Of a DNA stretch of 64,000 nt, positions 52,130 through 61,827 are shown piece by piece (positions within the stretch are counted from its first letter, which is position 1; every line of letters begins with the position of its first letter). The stretch lies in NCBI GenBank assembly GCA_039024555.1, contig JBCCQQ010000032.1:1-64000 (forward strand), given 5' to 3'. The stretch comes from Cyanobacteria bacterium P01_D01_bin.156 (GTDB taxonomy: Bacteria > Cyanobacteriota > Cyanobacteriia > Phormidesmidales > Phormidesmidaceae). Under the pieces are notes generated by a model. It saw nothing but the letters and a program-made list of their open reading frames with translations, searched no databases and was not told where the DNA came from. The position numbers and the translations under genes were made by a program.

Positions 52130-52145
52130 TGTATGATTTTTTACA
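52130..52145. promoter_or_regulatory. NtcA-like site upstream of the DGC gene
   Basis: TGTA-TGATTTTT-TACA; no matching -10 at canonical spacing. Confidence 0.4.
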
Positions 52146-52369
52146 TCACAACTCAGTAAATCTCATTTGCTTTGAGGCCTGTGTGATCAATGTCAATGAT
52201 TTGTTGGACTTGCTGTTTTAATTATTGTTGTTATTTCATCCAAGTAGTGGTTGCGTATTCTTCCTCTCCGTAGAGGCCTATTAGGTTTGGCGCTAGCAAG
52301 GGTTATTTCTTTGGCCTGAACGACTAATGCTCTGCCATGTGTGCATATCGCTCAAGTAAGCAACGTATA

Positions 52370-53659
52370 TTACCTAGTACTCGTCACGTTAGAGGCCATG
52401 GATTCTAAGTATTCTGCAGCTAACTCAGACGGTTTGTACTGTCTAATCTCTGTACGTAACTGTTGCGCCTTTACCGCGTAACTGTCGTTACTTAGAATTT
52501 CTTCCACAGCGTTACGCACTTGTTGTGGTTTAGGACGTTTGGTATTCAAATTCAATCCCACACCAGACCAATCAACCCGAGCACAAATCTCAGGTTTATC
52601 TTCCGACTGTCCTGCCACAATCAAAGGTATTCCATAGGATAAAGCATGTTGAACATCCCTGTAGTCACCGTTACTCACCATGATGTTCACCTGTGGCAAT
52701 AGTTGATTATGTGGAATGTATGGCGCAAATCTGGTATTGGAGGGCAAGGGGGTCTGTGCCAGGTTGGCGGCAATGTGCCTACCAGTGACTACTGATAAAA
52801 TATCCTTGTCGCTTAACGCTTCAATCGTCGGCACGATTAAATCATTAATGTCCGTTGAAAGTGTGTCCTGGGTCACATAGATGATGGGGTGGTCATTCTG
52901 TAAATCACTCCACCAACTAGGCACCTCAAAATCCTGCGGCCTCTCCAGGAATGGGGGACCAATAAAATGAACCTGAGGTGGCAGATCACTGCGAGGATAT
53001 TCAAAACTAGGTACGGTTGTAACTAGATGTAGATATGGGGACAGTGTGTCAAAGAAAAGCTCTTTGTTATCGACTAAACCTAGCTGTTCTCTTGCAGATT
53101 TGAGATCCGCTTTTATCCCCCTCAATATGAGATTGGTCATGCTCTTGAGTGCTTTATCACGCAGCCGACCTGAGGCTGACTGTGTGGGTTGTAGCCCTAA
53201 GCCAAACGGGGGAATATCTTGGCTTGGAAACATTAAAACAGAGGTTCCCAGTTGAGCCCAAGGGGGTCCCCCTAATTCGTGAATCCAACCTGCTCCCAGA
53301 AAATAAGAATCACAGAGCAGTACATCTGCTGGAAAATCTTGAAGAATGAGTTGGTAGTCCTGGACTTGCCCGATGGCATGGTCAATAAAAAAATACTTTA
53401 AGTCGAACCTGAGTTGTGCTAGGCCTTTTAAACTCTCTCGTTGCTGCCCTATGCTAGATGGCACCTTTTCAATTACCGAAAAATCTAAAGCATTGCTCAT
53501 CGCAACAAACTGAGCACCCACCGCCTCAACATCAGCCTGGAATAACTCTCCTGTATACCAAAGTACTGTATGGCCACGCTTTACCAACGTGTCAACAATT
53601 GGCAGCATGGGGCTGACATAACTGGCAACCGGCACAGTACCTACCAGAAAGCGCAACAT
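52370..53659 (-). CDS. Family 1 (MGT/UDPGT-like) glycosyltransferase
   Basis: FEYPRSDLPPQVHFIGP, PYIPHNQLLP and ALSYGIPLIVAGQSEDKPE. Confidence 0.88.
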   Translation of the reverse strand: MLRFLVGTVPVASYVSPMLPIVDTLVKRGHTVLWYTGELFQADVEAVGAQFVAMSNALDFSVIEKVPSSIGQQRESLKGLAQLRFDLKYFFIDHAIGQVQDYQLILQDFPADVLLCDSYFLGAGWIHELGGPPWAQLGTSVLMFPSQDIPPFGLGLQPTQSASGRLRDKALKSMTNLILRGIKADLKSAREQLGLVDNKELFFDTLSPYLHLVTTVPSFEYPRSDLPPQVHFIGPPFLERPQDFEVPSWWSDLQNDHPIIYVTQDTLSTDINDLIVPTIEALSDKDILSVVTGRHIAANLAQTPLPSNTRFAPYIPHNQLLPQVNIMVSNGDYRDVQHALSYGIPLIVAGQSEDKPEICARVDWSGVGLNLNTKRPKPQQVRNAVEEILSNDSYAVKAQQLRTEIRQYKPSELAAEYLESMASNVTSTR

Positions 53660-53789
53660 GTGAGGTTTCCTAATCAGAGCATTGCTTGTAATATCACACT
53701 AGTTTTAGGATTTTTCCAGCTATGCACTATGGCAAACTGCGGCTTGATATAGTGCAGGATGATTGTGCCTAACATTTTTATTTAGAATA

Positions 53790-54041
53790 ATGCAACGCAA
53801 TACTGCCTACTTGAATAAGTTACGGACGCTATGGCTAACTAAAGGTATTGGTGGTTTGTTATGTACTGGCTTCGGGCTTAGTCTGTTAGGTGAAGCGATC
53901 GCACGAAAAATCACCGATCAGCCCTGGTTTTGGATTGGCACACTATGCTTGGGTGTGTTTAACTTTGGCCTGTGCTTGATGTTTGATAGCCACAATCATC
54001 AGTTGGAAATACAGCGGCAACAGCAAATGTGCGATCGCTAG
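53790..54041 (+). CDS. Small two-helix membrane protein
   Basis: ATG 53790; two hydrophobic segments (GLLCTGFGLSLLG, WFWIGTLCLGVFNFGLCLMF). Confidence 0.6.
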   Translation: MQRNTAYLNKLRTLWLTKGIGGLLCTGFGLSLLGEAIARKITDQPWFWIGTLCLGVFNFGLCLMFDSHNHQLEIQRQQQMCDR

Positions 54042-54376
54042 AAATCGTTGGGAAAGTCACGTAATAAATCCGACTTGTGTATTCCATGTTTCATTTCATC
54101 GACATACACTGCTATATTGTAATTGCATAAATGTTAATTTTTATAAAGCAATAAAGTTGCCCATGAGATAAGGTATTTGACTAAAGTATTCACTGGAAAG
54201 GACTGGTCAGTACTAGTATCTAATTGCACAAATTTTTTGACATTCTTATGGTGTGCAAAGGAGCGCTACAAAAGTTTCCGTAAGGTTTTGCTCACCAATA
54301 ATAAAGTGTTTAGTTTGTTTCAACGGCTGTCGTAAAGGTGCTGCAGTCGTGACCTTTGGTTTGAGGTGCTCCGGTA

Positions 54377-55288
54377 ATGAATGTGTTGATGCGTATAGAA
54401 CGATGGTGTCTTTGGGGACATGTCCTCTCAATGGCGTTTGGATTGGCAGGTTTACTTTGGGTAACTCCCCATCCAGAGATATTGGAATATTTGCCAGCGG
54501 GTCCCACACTCTACAGGTGGAGCTTGGCAGGTGGTGGAGTCGCCTACATTCTGATGGGCGTAGTGGCTGTTTCTCTTTATTGTTATAGAACGATCGGTCT
54601 TAAAGCACTGCTGGCTTTTTTAATTCCAGCTATTAGCGTGTCGTTATCCTGTGAACTTTTGGGGACGAGTACAGGACTACCTTTTGGAGAATATAGTTAT
54701 CTCAATGGTCTGGGCTATAAAATTGCCGGACTAGTTCCCTTCACGATTCCCTTATCGTGGTTTTATCTGGGAATTTCCTGTTATTTGTTAGCACGTGGCG
54801 GTTTACTAAAAAGTAACTATGGTTTTTTCCGCCATGGAACAGCATTAGTCACTGGTGCATTACTACTCATGTCGTGGGACTTTGTGTTAGATCCCGCCAT
54901 GAGCCAAACGGCGATGCCCTTTTGGTATTGGCACACACCAGGAGCTTTCTTTGGTATGCCATACCAAAATTTTGCCGGTTGGTTTTTTACCGGGTTAATC
55001 TTTATGGCTATAGCGGCTGTTTTGTGGCGAAATAATAGTCGTGTTAGTAACCTAACCCGAGCAGAATTATTCCTCCCTTTGGTCGTTTATATTGCTAACT
55101 TTGGGTTTGCAATGTTTATGAGCTTAGCGAGCGGCATTTACACCCCGGTTGGATTGGGATTGGCCCTAGGCTTGATTCCTGCCCTGATGTGCTGGTTATC
55201 CGCTCCTAGCGATGAGAATCTCTCTCTAGCAGAGACGCAGTTACCGTCGGTAGTTGCAATGAAAGCGGCTGGAGTGTCTGATTCGTAA
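54377..55288 (+). CDS. cruF: Gamma-carotene 1'-hydroxylase (myxoxanthophyll pathway)
   Basis: ELLGTSTGLPFGEYSY..LG.KI.GLVPFTIPLSW, WDFVLDPAM and GMPYQNFAGW; upstream of cruG. Confidence 0.88.
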   Translation: MNVLMRIERWCLWGHVLSMAFGLAGLLWVTPHPEILEYLPAGPTLYRWSLAGGGVAYILMGVVAVSLYCYRTIGLKALLAFLIPAISVSLSCELLGTSTGLPFGEYSYLNGLGYKIAGLVPFTIPLSWFYLGISCYLLARGGLLKSNYGFFRHGTALVTGALLLMSWDFVLDPAMSQTAMPFWYWHTPGAFFGMPYQNFAGWFFTGLIFMAIAAVLWRNNSRVSNLTRAELFLPLVVYIANFGFAMFMSLASGIYTPVGLGLALGLIPALMCWLSAPSDENLSLAETQLPSVVAMKAAGVSDS

Positions 55289-55302
55289 CCGATCTATCGA
55301 TA

Positions 55303-56517
55303 TTGATGTCTGAAATAAATCTTACGGATAGCACCAGTGTCATGGCCTTTCTGATTGTGGTGCTGCAGCTGCCTGCAGTGATGGTGCTGTTATCTCGACT
55401 CTTTAAGGGGCCAACTCGCCGCCGACCATTGCAGCCAAAAACCTCAACAGGCCAGCAATCTGGAGCTGTGACTGTGTTGGTCCCTACGCTCAATGAAGCC
55501 GCTAGGATTACCCCCTGTCTGCAGGGTTTGCAACGTCAGACTGACGAAGTGAGGGAGATTCTAGTTATTGACAGTCATTCAACCGATGGTACTCGTGACC
55601 TGATTCACTCGGTTGAAGCAGTGGACTCTCGATTTCGCTTATTGACTGATGACCCCTTACCTCTTGATTGGGTCGGACGTCCCTGGGCGCTTCACTATGG
55701 ATATCTCCATAGCTCTCCCCAAAGCCAATGGATCTTGGGTATTGATGCTGATACTCAACCCCAGGCGGGGTTAGTATCAGCGCTCATATCGACTGCTGAA
55801 GCAGAGGGCTATGATTTAGTCTCTTTATCTCCACAATTTATTCTCAAGACTCCTGGAGAGATGTGGTTACAACCCTCTTTACTCATGACATTAGTGTACC
55901 GATTTGGTCCTGCAGGATCGCCTAGTGATGGTGCAGAGAGGGTCATGGCTAATGGGCAGTGTTTTCTGTGTCGACGAGAACTGTTAGACAGACTCGGTGG
56001 CTATGAGATTGCTAGAAAGTCTTTTTGCGATGATGTCACGCTCGCTCGCTACGCATCGCAGAATGGTGCAAAAGTAGGGTTTTGGGATGGCGCTTTATTA
56101 TTGAAGGTCAGAATGTATGAAGGATTAAAAGAGACCTGGAAAGAATGGGGGCGCTCTCTAGATCTGAAGGATGCGTCTTCTCCAGGCCAGGTTTGGAGTG
56201 ATTTATGGTTTTTGACTAGTGTCCAAGCCTTGCCCTGGCTGAGCCTACCTATTCTGTTGATGGGAGATATCGGTACCAGTTTCTCAGTACAGTTAGCTAT
56301 TGGCCTGAATGTGAGTTTAATCCTTATCCGATTTGCTTTACAGTTTGCAGTTCTGTCGTCTTATGACTTGAGCTATGCCCAGGGAAAGTGGATGTTTTGG
56401 TTATCGCCTCTAGCAGACCCGTTAGCCGTTATACGGATTGCATTATCTTCGCTAAAGACTCCTAAAAGCTGGCGTGGGCGTCAATATGGACTCTCTAATA
56501 GACCGGTAGAAGTATGA
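55303..56517 (+). CDS. cruG: Carotenoid 2'-O-glycosyltransferase (GT2)
   Basis: VPTLNEA, WVGRPWAL, IDAD, ANGQCF, CDDVTLAR, EWGRSLDLKDA and WRGRQY. Confidence 0.88.
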   Translation: MMSEINLTDSTSVMAFLIVVLQLPAVMVLLSRLFKGPTRRRPLQPKTSTGQQSGAVTVLVPTLNEAARITPCLQGLQRQTDEVREILVIDSHSTDGTRDLIHSVEAVDSRFRLLTDDPLPLDWVGRPWALHYGYLHSSPQSQWILGIDADTQPQAGLVSALISTAEAEGYDLVSLSPQFILKTPGEMWLQPSLLMTLVYRFGPAGSPSDGAERVMANGQCFLCRRELLDRLGGYEIARKSFCDDVTLARYASQNGAKVGFWDGALLLKVRMYEGLKETWKEWGRSLDLKDASSPGQVWSDLWFLTSVQALPWLSLPILLMGDIGTSFSVQLAIGLNVSLILIRFALQFAVLSSYDLSYAQGKWMFWLSPLADPLAVIRIALSSLKTPKSWRGRQYGLSNRPVEV

Positions 56518-56525
56518 TGCTAAGA

Positions 56526-56549
56526 GCTCTCAAAAGAGAGCCTTTTTTT
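56526..56549 (+). terminator. Intrinsic terminator of cruF-cruG
   Basis: GCTCTC-AAAA-GAGAGC-C-TTTTTTT. Confidence 0.7.
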
Positions 56550-56567
56550 ATGTGTTCTCGTGCTTGC

Positions 56568-57542
56568 TCAAGGACTTGCAGGGGCTGCCCAAAAGCCTAG
56601 GTGATTACCAACGGGGCGTTCTCGTCCTGGAACTTTGCTGTGGATGGGGGTATTTAGCAGCTTAGGCCCCGTTGGCGAGGCGGTTACCAGGGTGGTGGAA
56701 CCTCCTCCATCCAGACGGACTGCAGTCTCAGCTCCCAACGTTTGTATGAATTTGACCACTTCAGCTAAGGTCAATCCTTCACTGTAGAAAGGTTGTTTAC
56801 CATCGACTAAAACTAACCATAGACGAGTACCAGTTTTATCTAAAGCTACGATGGTTAAGGAGTAAGGCCGCTCGCCTTCACGACCCACCTGAGTCGTGAG
56901 TTGATGGGTTGTTTGGCCGTTTTGCAGTAAGAGCAGATTACCGGCTACCGCATATTGGGTGCCTTTTTCACAAGTGCCACTACTGTTGATGACAGCCTGC
57001 TGTGCTCTAAAACAAACTGCAGGAGGAGCCGGTTTATTGTGAGGATTAACTGCGGTCACAACCTTCCCCTCAGACATGGCTAAGCCCACCAAGTTAATCT
57101 CTTGCCCGGTGCGGGGGATATAGTACCAGGGGGTGACTTCTTTAAAGGGAAGAAAAAAATTTGCGTTGATTGCAAGCTGTAGTTGGTGAGTTTCTAAAAA
57201 CTTAGATGTTCGTTGGGCTCTGGTGCTGTAGCGTTTAGAAATACCACGTTTAGTGATCTCAAGACCTGCATATGCCTGGGTAACAAAGGGGCTTAGCCCC
57301 GGTGTTTTTAAGTCAATATCGACAATGTGAAGAATATGGGGACGTGGTTGGGGGCTGATGTGCCGACTATAGGTGATCCCTTGAAAAAGTGGTTGGTCCT
57401 TGATGGTGTGCGGCTTGGGGCGTTGCCACACTGTGACACCGTAATATCCTATGGGGATTACCAGCACTAACCATAGGATTGCTTTTTTTAGAGAGTGCCA
57501 GGGAGACATGCTGCTGATAGGAAGGACTGTATAGTCAGGCAT
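56568..57542 (-). CDS. Phosphodiester glycosidase (NAGPA/DUF2233) family protein
   Basis: AINANFF, VLVDGKQ..SEGLTL, LDGGGST and ERPVGN. Confidence 0.88.
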   Translation of the reverse strand: MPDYTVLPISSMSPWHSLKKAILWLVLVIPIGYYGVTVWQRPKPHTIKDQPLFQGITYSRHISPQPRPHILHIVDIDLKTPGLSPFVTQAYAGLEITKRGISKRYSTRAQRTSKFLETHQLQLAINANFFLPFKEVTPWYYIPRTGQEINLVGLAMSEGKVVTAVNPHNKPAPPAVCFRAQQAVINSSGTCEKGTQYAVAGNLLLLQNGQTTHQLTTQVGREGERPYSLTIVALDKTGTRLWLVLVDGKQPFYSEGLTLAEVVKFIQTLGAETAVRLDGGGSTTLVTASPTGPKLLNTPIHSKVPGRERPVGNHLGFWAAPASP

Positions 57543-57689
57543 TCAAGTTAATCAAGGGGGAAGTCTTGGTCCAGGACAGTCTGCACCTATTTCTGTACAT
57601 GTTTATGCTGCCTTCAAAGAAATAAGAGCTAACTTTAGCCATCCTATGAGGGGAGTGAGTTACTCTGTAGCTGCGTCATTCCTCGGTTA

Positions 57690-58292
57690 GTGAAATCAAG
57701 TATGGGCCGTCAGCATTGGTACTCTGCTAATAAGCTACGCAGTTTAGGCCTAGTTGCGATCATCTGTTGCTCTTTTCATGCCCTTAGTAGTCTTGTCTTA
57801 ACTACACTCGTGTTAGCCCCCAGCAGCCCTGAATGGCGAGTGGTTCTTTTGCTAGGCAGTCTATTCACTATTGCGGGAGCAGCCGTTGGAGCACAATCTT
57901 TTCAACCCGCTAATAAGCATGTGCAATGGTGGGCCAGTTTGCTGAGTGGAGCATCCTCTATTGCCTTGATGGGGGGCTACAGTGCGGGGCAGCTGTGGGG
58001 ACAGCAAGCAGCTCTGTTGGGAACGACTATAGGATGCAGTCTGGGTGGTGGACTGGGAATTTTAACGTTTAATCATAGGGGTTGGGTCCGGATAGCGCTC
58101 ATTCTGTTAGGGAGCTTATGTGCCTATGGCTCAGCATTTGGGTTTAGTGCTTGGGCTATTGCTGCGATGGCGGCACAGCGTTGGAGCATCGCTCTTGGGC
58201 TGGGCATGGTGTCTGGACTTTATCTATGGATTACCCAGAGAAGCTTGAAATGGACCTATCATCAATGGCTCTACCAGTACAGACGAAATTGA
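57690..58292 (+). CDS. Hypothetical integral membrane protein
   Basis: 200-aa Gly/Ala-rich ORF with about 6 hydrophobic segments. Confidence 0.65.
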   Translation: MKSSMGRQHWYSANKLRSLGLVAIICCSFHALSSLVLTTLVLAPSSPEWRVVLLLGSLFTIAGAAVGAQSFQPANKHVQWWASLLSGASSIALMGGYSAGQLWGQQAALLGTTIGCSLGGGLGILTFNHRGWVRIALILLGSLCAYGSAFGFSAWAIAAMAAQRWSIALGLGMVSGLYLWITQRSLKWTYHQWLYQYRRN

Positions 58293-58554
58293 TGGGTTTC
58301 AGGCTTATACAATCACAGGCAATAGAGTTAGCTTCCTCCCGTGGAATGAATGCTGTGTTGTTATAATCACTATTAATCTCTTTGATGAGATGTTTCAAAA
58401 AATAAAAGAGTTGTTACCTTGCAAAAGGCGCGATCTCTATCGTTATCGTTATGGATGAAGAGACTATGGTTTTGCCGTGGTTTTCTTAAGCTGCTCCGTA
58501 GGGCGATCTTATGGTGATGCATGGTTTTTTATCCGTTAGTGAACTCGTTCAGGC

Positions 58555-58580
58555 TGTTTAGATTTTATAAAATCTAAACA
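58555..58580. other. Perfect 26-bp AT-rich palindrome
   Basis: TGTTTAGATTTTA|TAAAATCTAAACA. Confidence 0.75.
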
Positions 58581-59742
58581 CGTTATTTAGCCTCTGGAGT
58601 TTGAGTGTGCCATCCCACGTCTGAGGTTTCTGGGTCTAGGTTCCCCTGGGATTAGAAAATATAGGACTTGATAGCTGATTAACCCTACTAGGGTGCTTAC
58701 TCACTAAAGGGTTATTACCTTCGTTCGTGGTATGCAACATGATGGGAGTCAGTATTCCTCTCTTTTATCAAAAACTGTTGATAGCACTTTTCTTAAGATG
58801 GACGTCTAAGCTGTTCTGAATCGTAAAGAAAGTATGTGGCTTATATAAGAGAACTTTAAAGAACACAGCCTATTTAATGACCGCGATCCCCAGATTCTGA
58901 TGTTGGATTGTGAATGACACATTTTCTTCTATGGGCTCCATGGGTAGAAGAAAATACCACTTACATAATTTTGTTGATACTGATGCCGTTATTGCCAAAG
59001 GATAAGAATTTATTGAAAGCTTTATGATTTTGAGGGAAAACATGTATTTCAGCTCCTAAAACAGCTGAATACGTTGCAAAATCTAGATTGAATGGACTTG
59101 GTCACGGACACATAGAATATCAGTAGGAATCCCTTTAAACTTCAGATGAATAATTCAGTAAATGGAAGAAAAAGTCTTCTTCAGTATGACTGTTGTTTGT
59201 GAAGTAATAGATGATACTTTGAGAAGCTCTCAAGTCAGAGATAAAGACGTTTTTAATCACTGCTTTACATAAGGTGCATGCTATTGCAAGAGTTTTATGA
59301 CGGAGATTTCTTATCTTGTTTCTGGAAACCATTCGTGATTACACTGAGTCTATGTAACGCATAGGGTTAGGTATCAGCGGGGTGTTCTTACATCAAAACT
59401 GTTTGATGCCTACCTTGTTGTTGCAGAAAGCAGAGCTGGAGGTTCTATCTGGCAATGGTTAGGGACTAAGTTTGGTTTTGTTTATGGGTGGATTGGTCGT
59501 TGTCTCATCGCTTCTTTACGGTCTGATTAAGTTTATTCGATGAGTTGAATCTAAATGGCGAACTATTCATTTAACTAGCGTATAACCCTAGAAAGATAAC
59601 GAATTAAATTGTTATCTGATTCACTTCCAGAACACATCTATTGAGGAACTAGATTTTTTCTGATAAGTCACAATCAGTTAATTTTTTCCCTCTAATGTCA
59701 GTTTTGATTTTTTGTATTTAGTAGTAAGGTAATCTCTCACGC

Positions 59743-60606
59743 ATGCAGTACACAGGCTCGGTCATCCCGTCAGATCCCAACTCCGAAAATTCTTGCACTA
59801 TGACCTCTGTATTAACAGCTAATCAGCTTCAGAAAAATAAAGAATTAGGGGAAACAGTCAACATTCTGGATGTTGAAATTGATAATATTTCTCGGTATAC
59901 ATTATTAGCTCGCCTGACTACTGAGGGCGGTGCAGTGGTCACTCCCAACGTTGATCACTTGATGAAGCTTCAGCATGATCCAGAATTTAGAGAGGTATAT
60001 AGGGCTTTTGACTTTCGGGTTTGTGACAGCAAAATTCTAATGTATGCGGCTCAGTTCTTGGGCACACCGATACAGGACAAGATCTCGGGATCAGACTTGT
60101 TACCTTGGTTCTGCGACTACAACAAGAACAATCCTGATATCAAGATTTTTATGCTAGGCGCAGCAGAGGGCATAGCTAAACTAGCGCAGCAAAAGATTAA
60201 CGATCGCATCGGTCGTGAGATTGTTGTTGAAGCTCACTCTCCATCCTATGGATTTGAGAAGAGTCCTGAAGAATGTGACAAAATTATTCAGATGATTTGT
60301 GAATCTTCTGCCAATGTGTTAGTAGTTGGTGTAGGGGCTCCCAAGCAAGAAAAGTGGATTGTTAAGCACAGAGATCGTTTGCCTAACATTAAGACCTTCT
60401 TGGCTGTTGGCGCAGCAATTGATTTTGAGGCAGGCCATAAGCCTCGTTCTCCTGAGTTTGTTACTGAGTTAGGGTTGGAATGGCTCTACCGCACAATGTC
60501 TGAACCTAAGCGACTGTGGCGTCGCTATTTGATTGAGGATATGCCATTCTTTGGGCTAGTCTTCCAGCAGTGGTTGGCAATGCGCAAACAAAGTAAGTCT
60601 GCATAG
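59743..60606 (+). CDS. WecB/TagA/CpsF family glycosyltransferase
   Basis: VTPNVDH, ISGSDL, VGVGAPKQEKWI, GAAIDFEAG and GLEWLYR...EPKRLWRRYL. Alternative start 59800. Confidence 0.93.
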   Translation: MQYTGSVIPSDPNSENSCTMTSVLTANQLQKNKELGETVNILDVEIDNISRYTLLARLTTEGGAVVTPNVDHLMKLQHDPEFREVYRAFDFRVCDSKILMYAAQFLGTPIQDKISGSDLLPWFCDYNKNNPDIKIFMLGAAEGIAKLAQQKINDRIGREIVVEAHSPSYGFEKSPEECDKIIQMICESSANVLVVGVGAPKQEKWIVKHRDRLPNIKTFLAVGAAIDFEAGHKPRSPEFVTELGLEWLYRTMSEPKRLWRRYLIEDMPFFGLVFQQWLAMRKQSKSA

Positions 60607-60821
60607 TTAACTGCCCAAATCCTTACTCTAGTTGACTGATACTTACTGAGAGTTGATTAGATTTGATAACTGTAAGTGTGCTTCTGGTTAGGTATTGTGC
60701 TTGAGGGATTGCTCCCTCAAGCATTTTTTATGTGTCTCGGTAGCTATCGCTGATGTATGGTCTGCCATGGTAGCTACTAAACAGATGGGATTGCTCTATT
60801 TGGAGGTTAGCTGTAAATCTA

Positions 60822-60912
60822 GCGTTGCTGATCCTCGGGATGATTTTATCTGTCAACTCCAGAACTCTGGACGGATGTACAGATCGTTTCATCCTCTAAA
60901 CCAGCAACGGCA
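60822..60912. repeat. 91-bp duplicated element, copy 1 (structured RNA or small-ORF duplicate)
   Basis: Gap-free alignment with 61639-61729; terminal CGTTGCTG/CAGCAACG and inner GGATGA/TCATCC pairing. Confidence 0.8.
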
Positions 60913-60921
60913 TCAATCTGT

Positions 60922-61443
60922 CTACAGATCTTCAAGGTAGGCATCTTGGCCTTGCAGATTTCGCAATGAAGGACCCTCAGCTCCAAGAATATAGGGGAAT
61001 TGGCCAGTAACCAGTGGTATGACGAGTCGGTGCTTTTGTCCAGTGTTTATGGCTGCTAGGGCTGCTTTAGCTGTCGAGAGTGCGATCGCACCCTGCCACC
61101 GTATCAACCATACATGAACTTGGGCTGTGGACTGAGGAGCCTCTGGATCCGCCGTAACGGCAAATAGATTATTGCCGGGATCGATCACGATCCTTTGAGA
61201 AATACCTGTTTTCATAACTGCAAACGACTGAGTGATGACAGTCGCCTTGACTGTATGTTCAGTCAAGCTGCCCATGGTTTGAGCATCGCCCCATATCAAG
61301 AGCTTTTCCCCAATTTGAGAACCCACGTCTCCATGGGTAGCGGTCACAATAGCCACCACAACGGGACCTTGGATTAATCGTTCTACAAGACAGGAAAAGA
61401 AGTCTAAAGAGGACGTTTTAGTCGTTAATGTTGTTTGAGTCAT
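60922..61443 (-). CDS. XdhC/CoxI N-terminal-like protein (short, divergent)
   Basis: VVVAIVTATHGDVGSQIGEKLLIWGDAQTMGSL resembles XdhC ATVV...GS.PR..GA.M.V..DG...GT. No C-terminal Rossmann domain. Confidence 0.55.
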   Translation of the reverse strand: MTQTTLTTKTSSLDFFSCLVERLIQGPVVVAIVTATHGDVGSQIGEKLLIWGDAQTMGSLTEHTVKATVITQSFAVMKTGISQRIVIDPGNNLFAVTADPEAPQSTAQVHVWLIRWQGAIALSTAKAALAAINTGQKHRLVIPLVTGQFPYILGAEGPSLRNLQGQDAYLEDL

Positions 61444-61638
61444 AGATGAATGAATCGGCCCAGTGGTTTGTTTTACTGGGGTTAGGAGTCAAATGAATGA
61501 ATCTGTTAAATCTTCTAAGTAAGGTAGGTGGCACCAAGAAATGTAACAATTTGCTACGGATGCCAAATATTATGACAAGCATTTTGAAAAACGACATCGT
61601 TGACTCTGTGGCAAAGCATGTTTCCTTTAAATAGGTAG

Positions 61639-61729
61639 GCGTTGCTGATCCTCGGGATGATTTCATCTGCCAAATCCAGGTAAACAGTAAGTTCTCCCGA
61701 TCGTTTCATCCACTAAAGCCGCAACGGCA
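61639..61729. repeat. 91-bp duplicated element, copy 2
   Basis: GCGTTGCTGATCCTCGGGATGATTT...GATCGTTTCATCC.CTAAA...GCAACGGCA shared with copy 1. Confidence 0.8.
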
Positions 61730-61827
61730 ATAGGTACCGCTGATCCCCAGCATGGGGTTTCCTTAGCGGCTATGCATAATCAGCGGCAATATTCTTAGCT
61801 TTCTCCTTCACACTTCTTGCATTAGCT

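Noticed and set aside
60822..61729. Integron attC sites, or glnA/ydaO/Moco riboswitch, as the identity of the 91-bp repeats
   Set aside because: The GTT/AAC ends are in the opposite order to attC and there is no integrase. Only fragments resemble the riboswitch consensus sequences I recall.
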